This document shows, one piece after another, positions 19,354 to 29,271 of a DNA stretch of 64,000 nucleotides. The stretch's first letter is position 1; the number at the start of each line of letters is the position of its first letter. Where the stretch lies: positions 28,053 through 92,052 of the forward strand of contig NCEM01000008.1 in assembly GCA_002280725.1 (NCBI GenBank), written 5' to 3'. This DNA comes from Alphaproteobacteria bacterium 32-64-14 (lineage in GTDB: Bacteria; Pseudomonadota; Alphaproteobacteria; Caulobacterales; Hyphomonadaceae). The notes beneath the pieces are model-generated. The model was not told where the DNA came from, ran no database searches, and was given only the letters and a program-made list of their open reading frames with translations. A program made the position numbers and the translations under genes.

Positions 19354-19388
19354 ACGCCCGGAAGCACAGCTTTCGGGCGTTGTTTTTT
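19354..19388 (+). terminator. Rho-independent terminator of the ABC efflux operon
   Basis: ACGCCCG-13 nt-CGGGCGT followed by TGTTTTTTG, 28 nt after the OMF stop. Confidence 0.6.
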
Positions 19389-19471
19389 GCGCCGCGGACC
19401 CACCGGTTGACCGCGCCCCAGCCAAGACTAGTCTCCGCCGCGTTCCGAGAGTGGATCGAGTTTCCGGCAGG

Positions 19472-21292
19472 ATGAACGTGATGAGACAAGTGTTGTTTGG
19501 CGGCGCCGCCGCCCTGGCGATGGCGCTCGCTGGCTGTAACCAGACAACGGAAGCGGCCAAGGTCGATGCCGCGACTTTCCTCGCAAACGCCGAGAAGGAG
19601 CTGTCCGAATATTCCGACTACGCCTCGCGCGTCTCCTGGGTGAACGCCAACTTCATCACAGATGACACCGACTGGCTTGTCGCCCGCGCCGGCTCCGAAG
19701 GCACGCTGATGTCGGTGCGCCTCGCCAACGCGACGAAGGCGTATGAAGGCCAGACGCTGACGCCCGCGCAACAGCGCAAGATGAACATCCTGCGCTCCGG
19801 CATCACGATGCCCGCGCCGTCGACCGGCACGCCGGAAGAGCAGAAGGCAACCGCCGACGAACTCTCCGAAGTCATGACGCGCATCAGCTCGACCTACGGC
19901 AAGGGCAAGTTCACCATCGACGGCAAGGAGATGAACCTCGAAGAGCTCTCCGCCATCATCGCTTCTTCGCGTGACCCGCGGAAGCTGCAGCAGGCCTGGG
20001 AAGGCTGGCACACCATCTCCGTGCCGATGAAGACCGATTACGCCCGCATGGTCGAGATCGGCGCCGCCGGGGCGAAAGAGCTCGGCTTCTCCGACATCGC
20101 CGACATGTGGCTCGCCAACTACGACATGCCCTCCAAGGACATGGAGGCCACGGTCGAGAAACTCTGGGGCCAGGTCCAGCCGCTCTACGACGACCTGCAT
20201 TGCTACGTCCGCGGCAGACTCAACACCAGGTACGGCGACGCGATCCAGCCGAAAACCGGCCCGATCCGCGCCGACCTGCTCGGCAACATGTGGGCGCAGG
20301 ACTGGGGCAACATCACCGACATCGTGTCGCCGTCCTCCTCAAACCCCGGCTACGATCTCAATAAGGTGCTGGTCGCGAAGAAGTACGATCCGGTGAAGAT
20401 GGTGAAGACGGGCGAAGCCTTCTTCACCTCCCTCGGCCTCCCAGCTCTTCCCGAAACATTCTGGCAGCGCTCGCTGATCACGCGCCCGCAGGATCGCGAA
20501 GTGCAGTGCCACGCATCGGCCTGGGACATCGACAGCCTGGACGATATCCGCATCAAGATGTGCACGCAGGTGAACGCGGAGGACTTCTCCACCGTCCACC
20601 ACGAGCTGGGCCACAACTTCTATCAGCGCGCCTACAAGACGCAGGACTTCCTGTTCCGCAATGGCGCGCACGATGGCTTCCACGAAGCCATCGGCGATTT
20701 CATCGCCCTGTCGATCACGCCGGAATACCTGAAGCAGCTCGGCCTCATCAGTGTCGATCCGCCGGCCTCCGCCGACATGGGCCTGCTCATGGATCGCGCG
20801 CTCAAGAAGATCGCCTTCCTGCCCTTCGCCATCAAGCTCGACAAATGGCGCTGGAACGTCTTCCGCGGCTCCGTGACGCCCGAGCAGTACAACACGGCAT
20901 GGTGGGAGCTGTCGAAACAGTATCAGGGCATCGTACCGCCGGGCCCGCGTCCGGCTGATGCGTTCGACGCCGGCGCGAAGTACCACATCCCGGGCAACAC
21001 GCCTTACCTACGCTACTTCCTCTCGTTCGTGCTGCAGTTCCAGTTCCACAAGGCCGCTTGCGAACAAGCTGGCTGGACGGGTCCGCTGCATCGCTGCTCG
21101 ATCTACAACAACAGGGAAGTGGGCGCGAAATTCATCAAGATGCTCGAGATGGGCGCCAGCCAGCCCTGGCCCGATGCGCTCGAAGCCTTCACCGGCACGC
21201 GCGAGATGGACGCCTCGGCGCTCGTCGCCTATTTCGCGCCGCTGCAATCGTGGATGAAAGAGCAGAACGCCGGCCAGACCTGCGGCTGGTAA
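19472..21292 (+). CDS. M2-family (angiotensin-converting-enzyme-like) zinc peptidyl-dipeptidase, lipoprotein
   Basis: HEXXH motif as VHHELGHNFYQ and the third ligand motif FHEAIGDFIALS, both as in ACE. Signal and lipobox MNVMRQVLFGGAAALAMALAGC. 606 aa counted from ATG 19472. Confidence 0.85.
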   Translation: MNVMRQVLFGGAAALAMALAGCNQTTEAAKVDAATFLANAEKELSEYSDYASRVSWVNANFITDDTDWLVARAGSEGTLMSVRLANATKAYEGQTLTPAQQRKMNILRSGITMPAPSTGTPEEQKATADELSEVMTRISSTYGKGKFTIDGKEMNLEELSAIIASSRDPRKLQQAWEGWHTISVPMKTDYARMVEIGAAGAKELGFSDIADMWLANYDMPSKDMEATVEKLWGQVQPLYDDLHCYVRGRLNTRYGDAIQPKTGPIRADLLGNMWAQDWGNITDIVSPSSSNPGYDLNKVLVAKKYDPVKMVKTGEAFFTSLGLPALPETFWQRSLITRPQDREVQCHASAWDIDSLDDIRIKMCTQVNAEDFSTVHHELGHNFYQRAYKTQDFLFRNGAHDGFHEAIGDFIALSITPEYLKQLGLISVDPPASADMGLLMDRALKKIAFLPFAIKLDKWRWNVFRGSVTPEQYNTAWWELSKQYQGIVPPGPRPADAFDAGAKYHIPGNTPYLRYFLSFVLQFQFHKAACEQAGWTGPLHRCSIYNNREVGAKFIKMLEMGASQPWPDALEAFTGTREMDASALVAYFAPLQSWMKEQNAGQTCGW

Positions 21293-21313
21293 TCTGACTT
21301 GGGATACGAACAG

Positions 21314-21347
21314 AAACGCCGCTCCATTCGGGGCGGCGTTCTTGTTT
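21314..21347 (+). terminator. Rho-independent terminator
   Basis: AAACGCCGC-loop-GCGGCGTT followed by CTTGTTT, 22 nt after the peptidase stop. Confidence 0.5.
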
Positions 21348-21422
21348 GCGTGGGCGGATGTAAGCCCGGCTATCGGAATCGTGCAGTTGAACCCGGCAAC
21401 AGACAGGCCGACACTGCCTCCC

Positions 21423-21815
21423 ATGCCAGCCTTCATTGATCACATCTCGATACCGGTTTCGGATTTCGACGCTTCCGCTGGCTTCTACGACGCCGTGCTC
21501 GCAACACTGCGCATGGAGCGGCGAAAGCAGAACGACATCGGCCTCGGCTGGGGCCCGCCTGAAACAGCAGCGCCCATCTTCTGGATCATCGCGCCAAAGC
21601 TTGGCTCAGCTACCTCAGGCCTCGGCCTCCACATCAGCTTCCGCGCAAGAGACCGCGGCGAAGTCCACGCCTTCCATGAAACAGCGCTGCGCCTCGGCGC
21701 GCAGGACGCAGGCGCCCCGGGCCCACGACCGCACTATACGGCGGGCTTCTATGGTTGCTTCGTCCTGGATCCGGACGGCTTCAAGATCGAGGCTGTGGTG
21801 CGCGAGGCGCTCTGA
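21423..21815 (+). CDS. VOC (glyoxalase/bleomycin-resistance/dioxygenase) family protein
   Basis: MPAFIDHISIPVSDFDASAGFYDAVLATL ... FVLDPDGFKIEAV is the typical single-domain VOC pattern. Confidence 0.75.
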   Translation: MPAFIDHISIPVSDFDASAGFYDAVLATLRMERRKQNDIGLGWGPPETAAPIFWIIAPKLGSATSGLGLHISFRARDRGEVHAFHETALRLGAQDAGAPGPRPHYTAGFYGCFVLDPDGFKIEAVVREAL

Positions 21816-21953
21816 GCGGCCAAATCAGCCCCGCAGAGACGGATCGCGACGCTTTCAGCAGTTGAAATCCCCGGCGACTGGCGCGACTTTGCCCCAGCGG
21901 AAGATAGGCCCCAACGCAACATAGACTTGGGGTCTGCCCGGGAGGATGAGACC

Positions 21954-23858
21954 ATGAAACTGCGCAATCCCATCACTGCAGGCGTGCTCGGCCTCGGCGC
22001 AGGTGGGGCAGCCCTCGCGATTGCCGCACTTGCGACACCCATGCTCGCCCCCGCCGCTGTGGGCCAGGTCTCGCCCGATCATCCCGGCGCCGGCGTCTAT
22101 CAGAAGGCCTGCGCGGTTTGCCACGACAATCCCGGCGCCACCCGCGCCGCCGCGATCTCCGCCATCAAGCTGATGCCTGCAGCGCGCCTCAACGAGGTTC
22201 TGGCCCCGACCGGAATCATGGGCCCGATGGCCGCGAGCCTCACGCCCAAGGAAAAGACAGACCTCGTCGCATGGCTCACAGCCGGCCAGGCCACCGCCCC
22301 CGCGCAGTGGACCGACGCGCTTCTCTGCTCCGCGGACAAGCGCGGCGTCAGCGCCTCGGCCTCCATCGTCTCGCTCGGCTTCGGCGTCGACGCCAGCCAG
22401 ACCCGCAGCCTCTCCGCCGCGCAGGCCGGCATCAGCAAGGCCCAGCTCGGCAATCTCTCCGTCGCATGGGCAATTGCCTTCCCGGGACAAGGCTCTGGCA
22501 CGGGCGCGTCCGTCCTCAGCGACGGCACCCTCTTCGTCACGGGCGGCCAGCGTCTCATCGCGGTCGATGCCGCCACCGGCTGCGTGAAGTGGGCCTACGC
22601 CGCCAACTCGCGCAACACGCCTGCCCTTGGCGAGATCAACGGCCGCAAGGTCCTGGCCCTGTCTGTCGCCCGCGACATCCACGTGGTCGACGCCGCCAAT
22701 GGCGCACTAATCTGGAAAGCCAGCGGCCAGCCCGTCGATGGCACGGGCGGCTCGATCCGCGGCGGCGTCATCTTCGCGAAGGACAAGATCATCGTCCCGC
22801 TCTCGGCCTCGGGCGTGGCCGCAGGCATGAACCCGCGCTTCGAATGCTGCACCGGCCACGGGTCCGTCGTTGCGCTCAACGCCGCTGACGGCAGCCACGC
22901 CTGGGAATACCACACCATGCCGGAGGCGACCTACAACGGTCAGGTCAATTCGCTCGGCGTGAAGCAGCAAGGCCCCTCCGGCGCGCCGATCTGGTCAGTT
23001 CCCGTGTTCGACGCCAAGCGTAACCTTGTGATCGTCACCTCGGGCGAGAACACCTCGCACCCCGGTACGGATACGTCGGACGCCGTGATCGCTCTCAATG
23101 CCGGCACAGGCCGCGTCGCCTGGAAATTCCAGGCCATGGCCGCCGATATCTGGAACATGTCGTGCAGCGTCGAGACAGGCCAGAACGGCCCCAACTGCCC
23201 CGTCCTGTTCGGCGGCGACGGCCGCGACTACGACTTCGGCGCCGGCGCTGTGCTAACCAGCGCGAACGGGAAGGACATCGTCCTCGCGGGGCAGAAGTCC
23301 GGCCACGCCTGGGCGCTTGATGCCGATAGCGGCAAGGTGCTGTGGAGCCAGCGCGTCGGCGAAGGCACAGCCCTCGGCGGCGTCCACTGGGGCATTGCGA
23401 CTTACGGCGGCAAGCTGATCCTGCCGATCAACGACCCCGCACTTGGCGGCACAAACCCGAAAGCCAAACCCGGCGTGTTCACGTTCGACGTGGCGACCGG
23501 CAAACCCGGCTGGTCCTATGCGGCAACGGCCAATTGCGAAGGCGCCCGCGCCACCGCCGTTTCCGGATGCACCTCGCGCTATGGCTTCTCGGCTGCGCCC
23601 GTCGTCGTCGATGGCGCAATCGTCGGCGCAACGCTCGGCGGCGAAGTCATCATCCTCGATGGCGCTGATGGCCGCATGATCAACCGCATCGACACGGTCG
23701 GCCCGATCCCAACGCTCAACAAGGATGTCGCCGGCAAGGGCGGCTCGATCGACGCCCATTCGATATCCGCCGGCGCCGGCATGATCTTCATCAACTCCGG
23801 CTACGGCCAGTTCGGCCAGACAGCCGGCAACGTGTTGATCGCGTACAAGCCGAAATAG
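21954..23858 (+). CDS. Quinohemoprotein dehydrogenase: N-terminal cytochrome c domain plus PQQ-type beta-propeller (polyvinyl-alcohol-dehydrogenase-like)
   Basis: Signal peptide, heme motif CAVCH near the N-terminus, then repeated PQQ/BamB-like propeller blades (GTLFVTGGQRLIAVDAATGCVKW, VVALNAADGSHAWEY, AVIALNAGTGRVAWKF, HAWALDADSGKVLW). GGGAGGA RBS before ATG 21954. Confidence 0.75.
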   Translation: MKLRNPITAGVLGLGAGGAALAIAALATPMLAPAAVGQVSPDHPGAGVYQKACAVCHDNPGATRAAAISAIKLMPAARLNEVLAPTGIMGPMAASLTPKEKTDLVAWLTAGQATAPAQWTDALLCSADKRGVSASASIVSLGFGVDASQTRSLSAAQAGISKAQLGNLSVAWAIAFPGQGSGTGASVLSDGTLFVTGGQRLIAVDAATGCVKWAYAANSRNTPALGEINGRKVLALSVARDIHVVDAANGALIWKASGQPVDGTGGSIRGGVIFAKDKIIVPLSASGVAAGMNPRFECCTGHGSVVALNAADGSHAWEYHTMPEATYNGQVNSLGVKQQGPSGAPIWSVPVFDAKRNLVIVTSGENTSHPGTDTSDAVIALNAGTGRVAWKFQAMAADIWNMSCSVETGQNGPNCPVLFGGDGRDYDFGAGAVLTSANGKDIVLAGQKSGHAWALDADSGKVLWSQRVGEGTALGGVHWGIATYGGKLILPINDPALGGTNPKAKPGVFTFDVATGKPGWSYAATANCEGARATAVSGCTSRYGFSAAPVVVDGAIVGATLGGEVIILDGADGRMINRIDTVGPIPTLNKDVAGKGGSIDAHSISAGAGMIFINSGYGQFGQTAGNVLIAYKPK

Positions 23859-23875
23859 GCAGCCTCCGGACAACG

Positions 23876-23903
23876 AAAAGCCCGCGGCGATGCCGCGGGC
23901 TTC
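23876..23903. terminator. Bidirectional hairpin between convergent genes
   Basis: GCCCGCGGC-gat-GCCGCGGGC flanked by A-run and T-containing sequence, between the dehydrogenase stop and the tadC stop. Confidence 0.5.
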
Positions 23904-23930
23904 ATCGTTCCGAACCACCAGTAGACGCTT

Positions 23931-24971
23931 CTATTTCGCCGGTTCAGCAGGCTGCGCGGTGCTCTGCGCGGCAGCCGACGGCGGCGGCTTGCCAAGGCCC
24001 ATCGCATCGATCTTGATGAAGGCCGGCCCGAGAATAACGAGGAACAGCACAGGCAGGAAGAACACGATCATCGGCACGGTCAGCTTCGCAGGCAGCGCCG
24101 CCGCTTTCTTCTCGGCTTCCGTGATCCGCATCTCGCGGTTTTCCTTGGCCATCACGCGCAGCGCTGCGCCCATCGGCGTGCCGTACTTCTCGGCCTGCAC
24201 AAGCGCCATCGCAACGCCCTTGACGCCCGGATGGTTCGTCCGCTCGGAGAGGTTGTAGTAAGCCTGCCTGCGATCCTGCAGATAAGACAGCTCGGCGGTG
24301 GTCAGCGTGAGTTCCTCGGCCAGCTCAGGCGACGCCGTGCCGATCTCTTCGCCCACGCGCGCGAAAGCCTGCTCGATCGACATGCCGGACTCGACGCAGA
24401 TCAGCATCATGTCCAGCGAGTCAGGGAAGGCGCGCATGATCGAAGTGCGGCGCTTGGTGATCTTGTTTTCAAGGAATACGTTCGGGCCGTAGAAGCCCAC
24501 GGCAAAGCCGACAACCACCGCGCCGATCTTCATCGGCATCTGGAAACCGTGATCGTTGACGAACCAGATGTAGATGAAAGCGCCAATGCCGCAAATGATG
24601 GGCAACGCAAAGCGGCAGAAATAGAAGATCGAGACGGGCCTCGGGCCACGCAGACCCGCCTGGATCAGCTTCTTGGTGACGCCGGGATCTTCCAGCGCCT
24701 TGGCAAGGTCCAGCTTGTCGACGAATTTCTTCATCGTGCTGGTGTCCTGCACGCGCAGGGATTTCTTGGCCGCCTCGCCCTCCAGGGCCGCGCGGCTCTT
24801 CCGGCGCAACTCCTCGCGGCGGTTGGCCACCTGCTTGAGCCGGCTCGTCAGCTTGTCGTTGTTGAACGCGGGCGCCGCCAGCGTGACCACGGTCGCAAAC
24901 GTCGCCACACACGCCAGCGCCGAAGCAAGCGTTACCGGATCGGTGAGAAAGGAGACCCAATCGATGTCCAT
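23931..24971 (-). CDS. tadC: Tad/Flp pilus inner-membrane platform protein TadC (CpaH)
   Basis: Type II secretion system F-domain protein (FPDSLDMMLICVESGMSIEQAF ... ALVQAEKYGTPMGAALRVMA). Last gene of the cpa cluster. Confidence 0.9.
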   Translation of the reverse strand: MDIDWVSFLTDPVTLASALACVATFATVVTLAAPAFNNDKLTSRLKQVANRREELRRKSRAALEGEAAKKSLRVQDTSTMKKFVDKLDLAKALEDPGVTKKLIQAGLRGPRPVSIFYFCRFALPIICGIGAFIYIWFVNDHGFQMPMKIGAVVVGFAVGFYGPNVFLENKITKRRTSIMRAFPDSLDMMLICVESGMSIEQAFARVGEEIGTASPELAEELTLTTAELSYLQDRRQAYYNLSERTNHPGVKGVAMALVQAEKYGTPMGAALRVMAKENREMRITEAEKKAAALPAKLTVPMIVFFLPVLFLVILGPAFIKIDAMGLGKPPPSAAAQSTAQPAEPAK

Positions 24972-24986
24972 CGAATAGCCCCCGGC

Positions 24987-25988
24987 CTAGAAGTTGAAGT
25001 TGATCATTGACCGCATGATGTAGATGCCGGCGCCCATCAGGCCGGCTGCGATCAGCAGGATCAGATGACCGAGGTCCGTCGTGAACAGCGACATGATGTA
25101 GCTCGGCGTCGACAGATAGACGAGCAGCATCACGATCACCGGCAGCGAGCCGATGATCATTGCCGACGCCTTGGCTTCCGACGACAGCGCCTTGATCTTC
25201 TCGCGCAGCAGTTTGCGCGAACGCAGAACGGTCGACAGGTTGCCCAGCGCTTCTGAAAGGTTGCCGCCCGCGCGTTGCTGGATGGCCAGCACGATGTTGA
25301 AGAAGTTCACTTCCTGCGTCGGCGTGCGCTGATACATCTTCTGCAGCGCCTGATCGATGGGCACGCCCATCGCAAGCGCGTCGCACACCACCTGGAACTC
25401 TCCGCCCAGAGGCTGCGAGCTCTCACGCGCGATCATCTTGAGGCATTCGTTGAGCGGCAGGCCGGATTTGACGCCGCGAACGATCACGTCGATCGCATCG
25501 GCAAACTGGCTGATGAATTTCTTCTGGCGGCTCGCGATCGCCATGCCCAGAAACCAGCGCGGAAGGCCAAAAGCCGCCGCAAAGCCAATGCCTACGGGCA
25601 CCAGCAGCTGCAGGCCCTCGTTGAAGCCGCCAACGAAGAATGTCGCCGCAGAGGCGACAACGCCCGCGATCAGCGACCCGATCCAGAAAGCAGGCACGGT
25701 GATCTTGAGGCCGGACTGCTTGATGCGATCCTCGATCGACCGGCCGATCATCTTGTTCTGGCGTGTTGCTTCCTCACGATCGCGCAAGGCCTTCGTTGTC
25801 GATTCCATCTGCTTGCGGCGCGCGTTGGCGATGGGATCGCCCCCGCGCGTCTTGGTTCCGTCGCTGATCGCCTTGAGGCGCTTGTTCTGGACCTGGCTGT
25901 TGCCGCCGCCTGCGAAGGCGAAACCCAGCGCGGTAATCGCCACGAACGCGAGACCCGCGATCGCGTAGGTCATCATTTCCGGTGTCAT
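24987..25988 (-). CDS. tadB: Tad/Flp pilus inner-membrane platform protein TadB (CpaG)
   Basis: T2SS F-domain pattern (FADAIDVIVRGVKSGLPLNECL ... VLAIQQRAGGNLSEALGNLS). The start overlaps the cpaF stop (ATGA). Confidence 0.9.
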   Translation of the reverse strand: MTPEMMTYAIAGLAFVAITALGFAFAGGGNSQVQNKRLKAISDGTKTRGGDPIANARRKQMESTTKALRDREEATRQNKMIGRSIEDRIKQSGLKITVPAFWIGSLIAGVVASAATFFVGGFNEGLQLLVPVGIGFAAAFGLPRWFLGMAIASRQKKFISQFADAIDVIVRGVKSGLPLNECLKMIARESSQPLGGEFQVVCDALAMGVPIDQALQKMYQRTPTQEVNFFNIVLAIQQRAGGNLSEALGNLSTVLRSRKLLREKIKALSSEAKASAMIIGSLPVIVMLLVYLSTPSYIMSLFTTDLGHLILLIAAGLMGAGIYIMRSMINFNF

Positions 25989-27526
25989 CGGCTGTTCTCC
26001 TCGAGCGCATCGAGCGCCCGGCCAAGCTCGGCCTCCATGTTGAAATACTTGGCGCGCTCCCAGAAGCGCGGACGGCCAATGCCGGTGCCGCGGTGCGTGC
26101 CAATCAGCTTGCCGTCCTTGTCCTCGCCGTCGATCTCGTAACGCATCACGTCCTGGGTCACGATCACGTCGCCCTCGAGGCCCATGACCTCGGTGATCGA
26201 CACGACTTTCCGTGAGCCATCGCGCAGACGCGAGGCCTGGATAACCACGTCGATCGATCCCACGATCATCTCCCGGATCGTGCGCTGGGGCAGCGTGAAG
26301 CCGCCCATGGTAATCATCGATTCCAGACGCGACAGGCCTTCACGTGGCGTGTTGGCGTGCAGCGTACCCATCGAGCCATCGTGGCCCGTGTTCATCGCCT
26401 GCAGAAGATCGAACGCTTCGGGTCCGCGAACCTCGCCCACGATGATCCGGTCAGGACGCATACGCAGGCAGTTCTTGACGAGGTCGGTCATCGACACCCT
26501 GCCCTGGCCCTCGAGGTTGGGCGGACGGGTTTCGAGACGGACAACGTGCGGCTGCTGCAGCTGAAGTTCGGCGGCGTCCTCACAGGTGATGACGCGCTCG
26601 CCCGGCGCAATGAAGGCCGTCAGCGTGTTGAGCAGCGTCGTCTTGCCCGAACCCGTACCACCCGAGATCAGCACGTTGCAGCGGCAGGCGCCGATGATGC
26701 GCAGGATTTCGGCGGCAGGTTCGGAAACGGAGCCGAAGTTCACCAGGTCAGTGATCTTCAGCTTGTCCTTCTTGAACTTACGAATGGTGAGCGCGGGGCC
26801 GTCAATGGCCAGCGGCGGCCCGATGACGTTGACGCGCGAGCCGTCTGCAAGGCGCGCGTCGCAAATGGGGGAGCTTTCGTCAACGCGCCGTCCAACCTGG
26901 CTCACGATGCGTTGGCAGATGTTCATCAGCTGCGCATTGTCGCGGAAGCGGATGTTGGTGCGCTGGATCTTGCCCGCGACCTCGATATAGGTCGTGCCCG
27001 CGCCGTTGACCATGATGTCGGCGATGTCGTCGCGCGCCAGCAGCGGCTCGAGCGGGCCATAGCCCAGAACGTCGTTGCAGATGTCCTCGAGCAGCGTTTC
27101 CTGCTCGGCGACGCTCATCACCACGTTCTTGATCGAGACGATCTCGATCACGATGTCGCGGATTTCCTCGCGCGCGCTTTCCTGGTCAAGCTGCGCGAGC
27201 TGCGACAGGTCGATTGTGTCGATCAGCGCGTTGAAGACTTCGGTTTTCGTCCGGTAGTACTCGTCCGACCGGTTGTCGATCGTCGCAACCTTCTCCTTCG
27301 GCGGAGGCGGCGTGGCAATCTTGCTGGACGGCTTGGCGGCGGACGCTTGCGGCTTGGGCGGCGGTGGCGCAGCCGAACGCGGCGGAGGCGCAGGTGGATC
27401 GATCACGCCCGCAGCAGCAGCGCTCGGCTTCGGCGGCGGAGGGGGCGGCGTGGCGGAACGGGCCGCAACCGCCGCTTCAGGCGGCGGCGCCATGGGCGCG
27501 CCCGTCGTCGTACGCTTGCCGAACAT
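25985..27526 (-). CDS. cpaF: Tad pilus secretion ATPase CpaF/TadA
   Basis: Walker [15 protein letters not shown], the Asp and His boxes of VirB11/PilT-like ATPases, and a Pro/Ala-rich N-terminal extension of about 95 aa. Confidence 0.95.
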   Translation of the reverse strand: MFGKRTTTGAPMAPPPEAAVAARSATPPPPPPKPSAAAAGVIDPPAPPPRSAAPPPPKPQASAAKPSSKIATPPPPKEKVATIDNRSDEYYRTKTEVFNALIDTIDLSQLAQLDQESAREEIRDIVIEIVSIKNVVMSVAEQETLLEDICNDVLGYGPLEPLLARDDIADIMVNGAGTTYIEVAGKIQRTNIRFRDNAQLMNICQRIVSQVGRRVDESSPICDARLADGSRVNVIGPPLAIDGPALTIRKFKKDKLKITDLVNFGSVSEPAAEILRIIGACRCNVLISGGTGSGKTTLLNTLTAFIAPGERVITCEDAAELQLQQPHVVRLETRPPNLEGQGRVSMTDLVKNCLRMRPDRIIVGEVRGPEAFDLLQAMNTGHDGSMGTLHANTPREGLSRLESMITMGGFTLPQRTIREMIVGSIDVVIQASRLRDGSRKVVSITEVMGLEGDVIVTQDVMRYEIDGEDKDGKLIGTHRGTGIGRPRFWERAKYFNMEAELGRALDALEENSR

Positions 27527-27535
27527 CCGTTACCC

Positions 27536-29257
27536 CTACTTGCGCAGTAGTTTTTTCAGCATCGAAGGCTTCGCCGTCTGCACTTCCCGGCCGGTGAGCT
27601 GGGCTGCAAGCTGGTCGAGACCCATCGCCACTTTCGATTCCGGCGCGACGTCGAAGATCATCTGGCCGTTGTTCGCCGCCGTGCCGAACAGCTGCGCATC
27701 GAACGGCAGCACCAGCGTCGGCTCCAGGCCGATCGCCTGTCCGAAATCCTTCGGCGGAATTTCCGGGCGCTTGGGCAGGCCGACCATGTTGAGCACCAGC
27801 TTCGGCGGATTGTCGTTCGGACGCGCCGCTCGCAGGAAGTCGATGAGGTTCTTGCCATTGCGCAGCGAGGCAAGATCGGGCCCCGCGACAACGATCAGTT
27901 CGTCAGCCGAGATCACGGTCGACTTGAACCAGTCGGTCCAGATGTGCGGCAGGTCGAGCACCATGAACGGCACCGATCCGCGCACCTGCTCCAGAACGCG
28001 CGTATAGGTGTCCGGATCGAGGTTGTACGTGCGGTCGAGCGTTGCTGGCGCCGTGAAGAGCGAAAGGCGATCCGTCGCCTTCGTGATCAGGCGGCCCATG
28101 ATCGCATCGTCGAAGCGATCGGGAGACATCAGGGCGTCGGCGATGGTCGCCGCCGTATCCTGATTGAAATCAAGCCCGGTGGTGCCAAAGTTCAGATCGA
28201 GATCAACCAGCGTCGCATTGACCTTGCAGCGCTCCGTCAGAGCCCAGGCGAGATTGTGGGCAACCGACGATGCGCCCACGCCGCCCTTCACGCCCGTGAC
28301 CGCCAGCGTCTTGCCCGCGAACGGCGCTTCCGGATCGGTGAAAAGCCCCGCGATGGCGCGGATCATCTGCACCGGCTCGATCGGCGCGACGAGATATTCC
28401 GAAACGCCGCGGCGCATCAACTCGCGATAGAGCCGGATGTCATTGGTCTGGCCAACGACGACGACCTTGATGTTCTCGTCGCAATACTCGGCCAGCGAGT
28501 CCAGCTCAGCCAGAAGCTGGCGCGGATCGCCCGAGCCTTCGATGATCAGCAGGTTCGGAGTCGTCTCATTGACATAGTACTGGGTCGCAGCTCCAACGCC
28601 GCCTTCCAGCACGTCCATCGCCACGTTCTTCATGCGGCGATCCTGCGTGATCGACCGCAGCATGCCGAGCGTCGAGGTGCGCGTGCAGAACGCATGGATG
28701 GTGATGCGCGGAATCGGGCGGTCGCCCGAGGTCTGTGCAACACCGAACGAATAGTCGAAGCCAAGGCCCTGCCCCGCAGCGTCGTCGGACACCGGTTCGG
28801 CTTCATACGCGGTCATCGGCGGCAGGTCTTCCACCGGCAGCTGAGCCGGCTTGGGCTGCAACCAGGCCGGCACTTCGGTCACGGCGTCGCTGTCCATCGG
28901 CGGCGGGGGCGGCGGCATGTCGTCGAATTCGGCCCCTGCCGGCGGTGGCGGCGGCTCTTCGCCAAACTCGTCGTCGAACGCATTCATGTCGTAGTCCGGC
29001 TCTTCCACCGAAGCCGGCGCATCGGCGAACACGACCGGCGTCTTGTGCTCCACGGCCTGCGCGGCGCGCGGGGGCGGCGTCATGAAGCCATCGTCGTCGA
29101 GACCGAAATCCGCTTCGTCGAACGATTGCGACTCTTCGACACCGCGTAGTGCTGCGGCGAAGGTCGCGCCGATTGGCGCGTCCATGTCGAGATCGAGATC
29201 CTGGGCAAGCTGATCCAGCTCGCCGTCGACATCAAACCTGTCCCGGGGTCCGCTCAT
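27536..29257 (-). CDS. cpaE: Pilus assembly protein CpaE/TadZ (receiver-like domain plus ParA/MinD-like ATPase)
   Basis: Deviant Walker A VTGVKGGVGASSVAHNLA, MinD-like body, and an acidic poly-Pro N-terminal extension of about 175 aa. Confidence 0.85.
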   Translation of the reverse strand: MSGPRDRFDVDGELDQLAQDLDLDMDAPIGATFAAALRGVEESQSFDEADFGLDDDGFMTPPPRAAQAVEHKTPVVFADAPASVEEPDYDMNAFDDEFGEEPPPPPAGAEFDDMPPPPPPMDSDAVTEVPAWLQPKPAQLPVEDLPPMTAYEAEPVSDDAAGQGLGFDYSFGVAQTSGDRPIPRITIHAFCTRTSTLGMLRSITQDRRMKNVAMDVLEGGVGAATQYYVNETTPNLLIIEGSGDPRQLLAELDSLAEYCDENIKVVVVGQTNDIRLYRELMRRGVSEYLVAPIEPVQMIRAIAGLFTDPEAPFAGKTLAVTGVKGGVGASSVAHNLAWALTERCKVNATLVDLDLNFGTTGLDFNQDTAATIADALMSPDRFDDAIMGRLITKATDRLSLFTAPATLDRTYNLDPDTYTRVLEQVRGSVPFMVLDLPHIWTDWFKSTVISADELIVVAGPDLASLRNGKNLIDFLRAARPNDNPPKLVLNMVGLPKRPEIPPKDFGQAIGLEPTLVLPFDAQLFGTAANNGQMIFDVAPESKVAMGLDQLAAQLTGREVQTAKPSMLKKLLRK

Positions 29258-29271
29258 GTCGCGCCTGCTTC

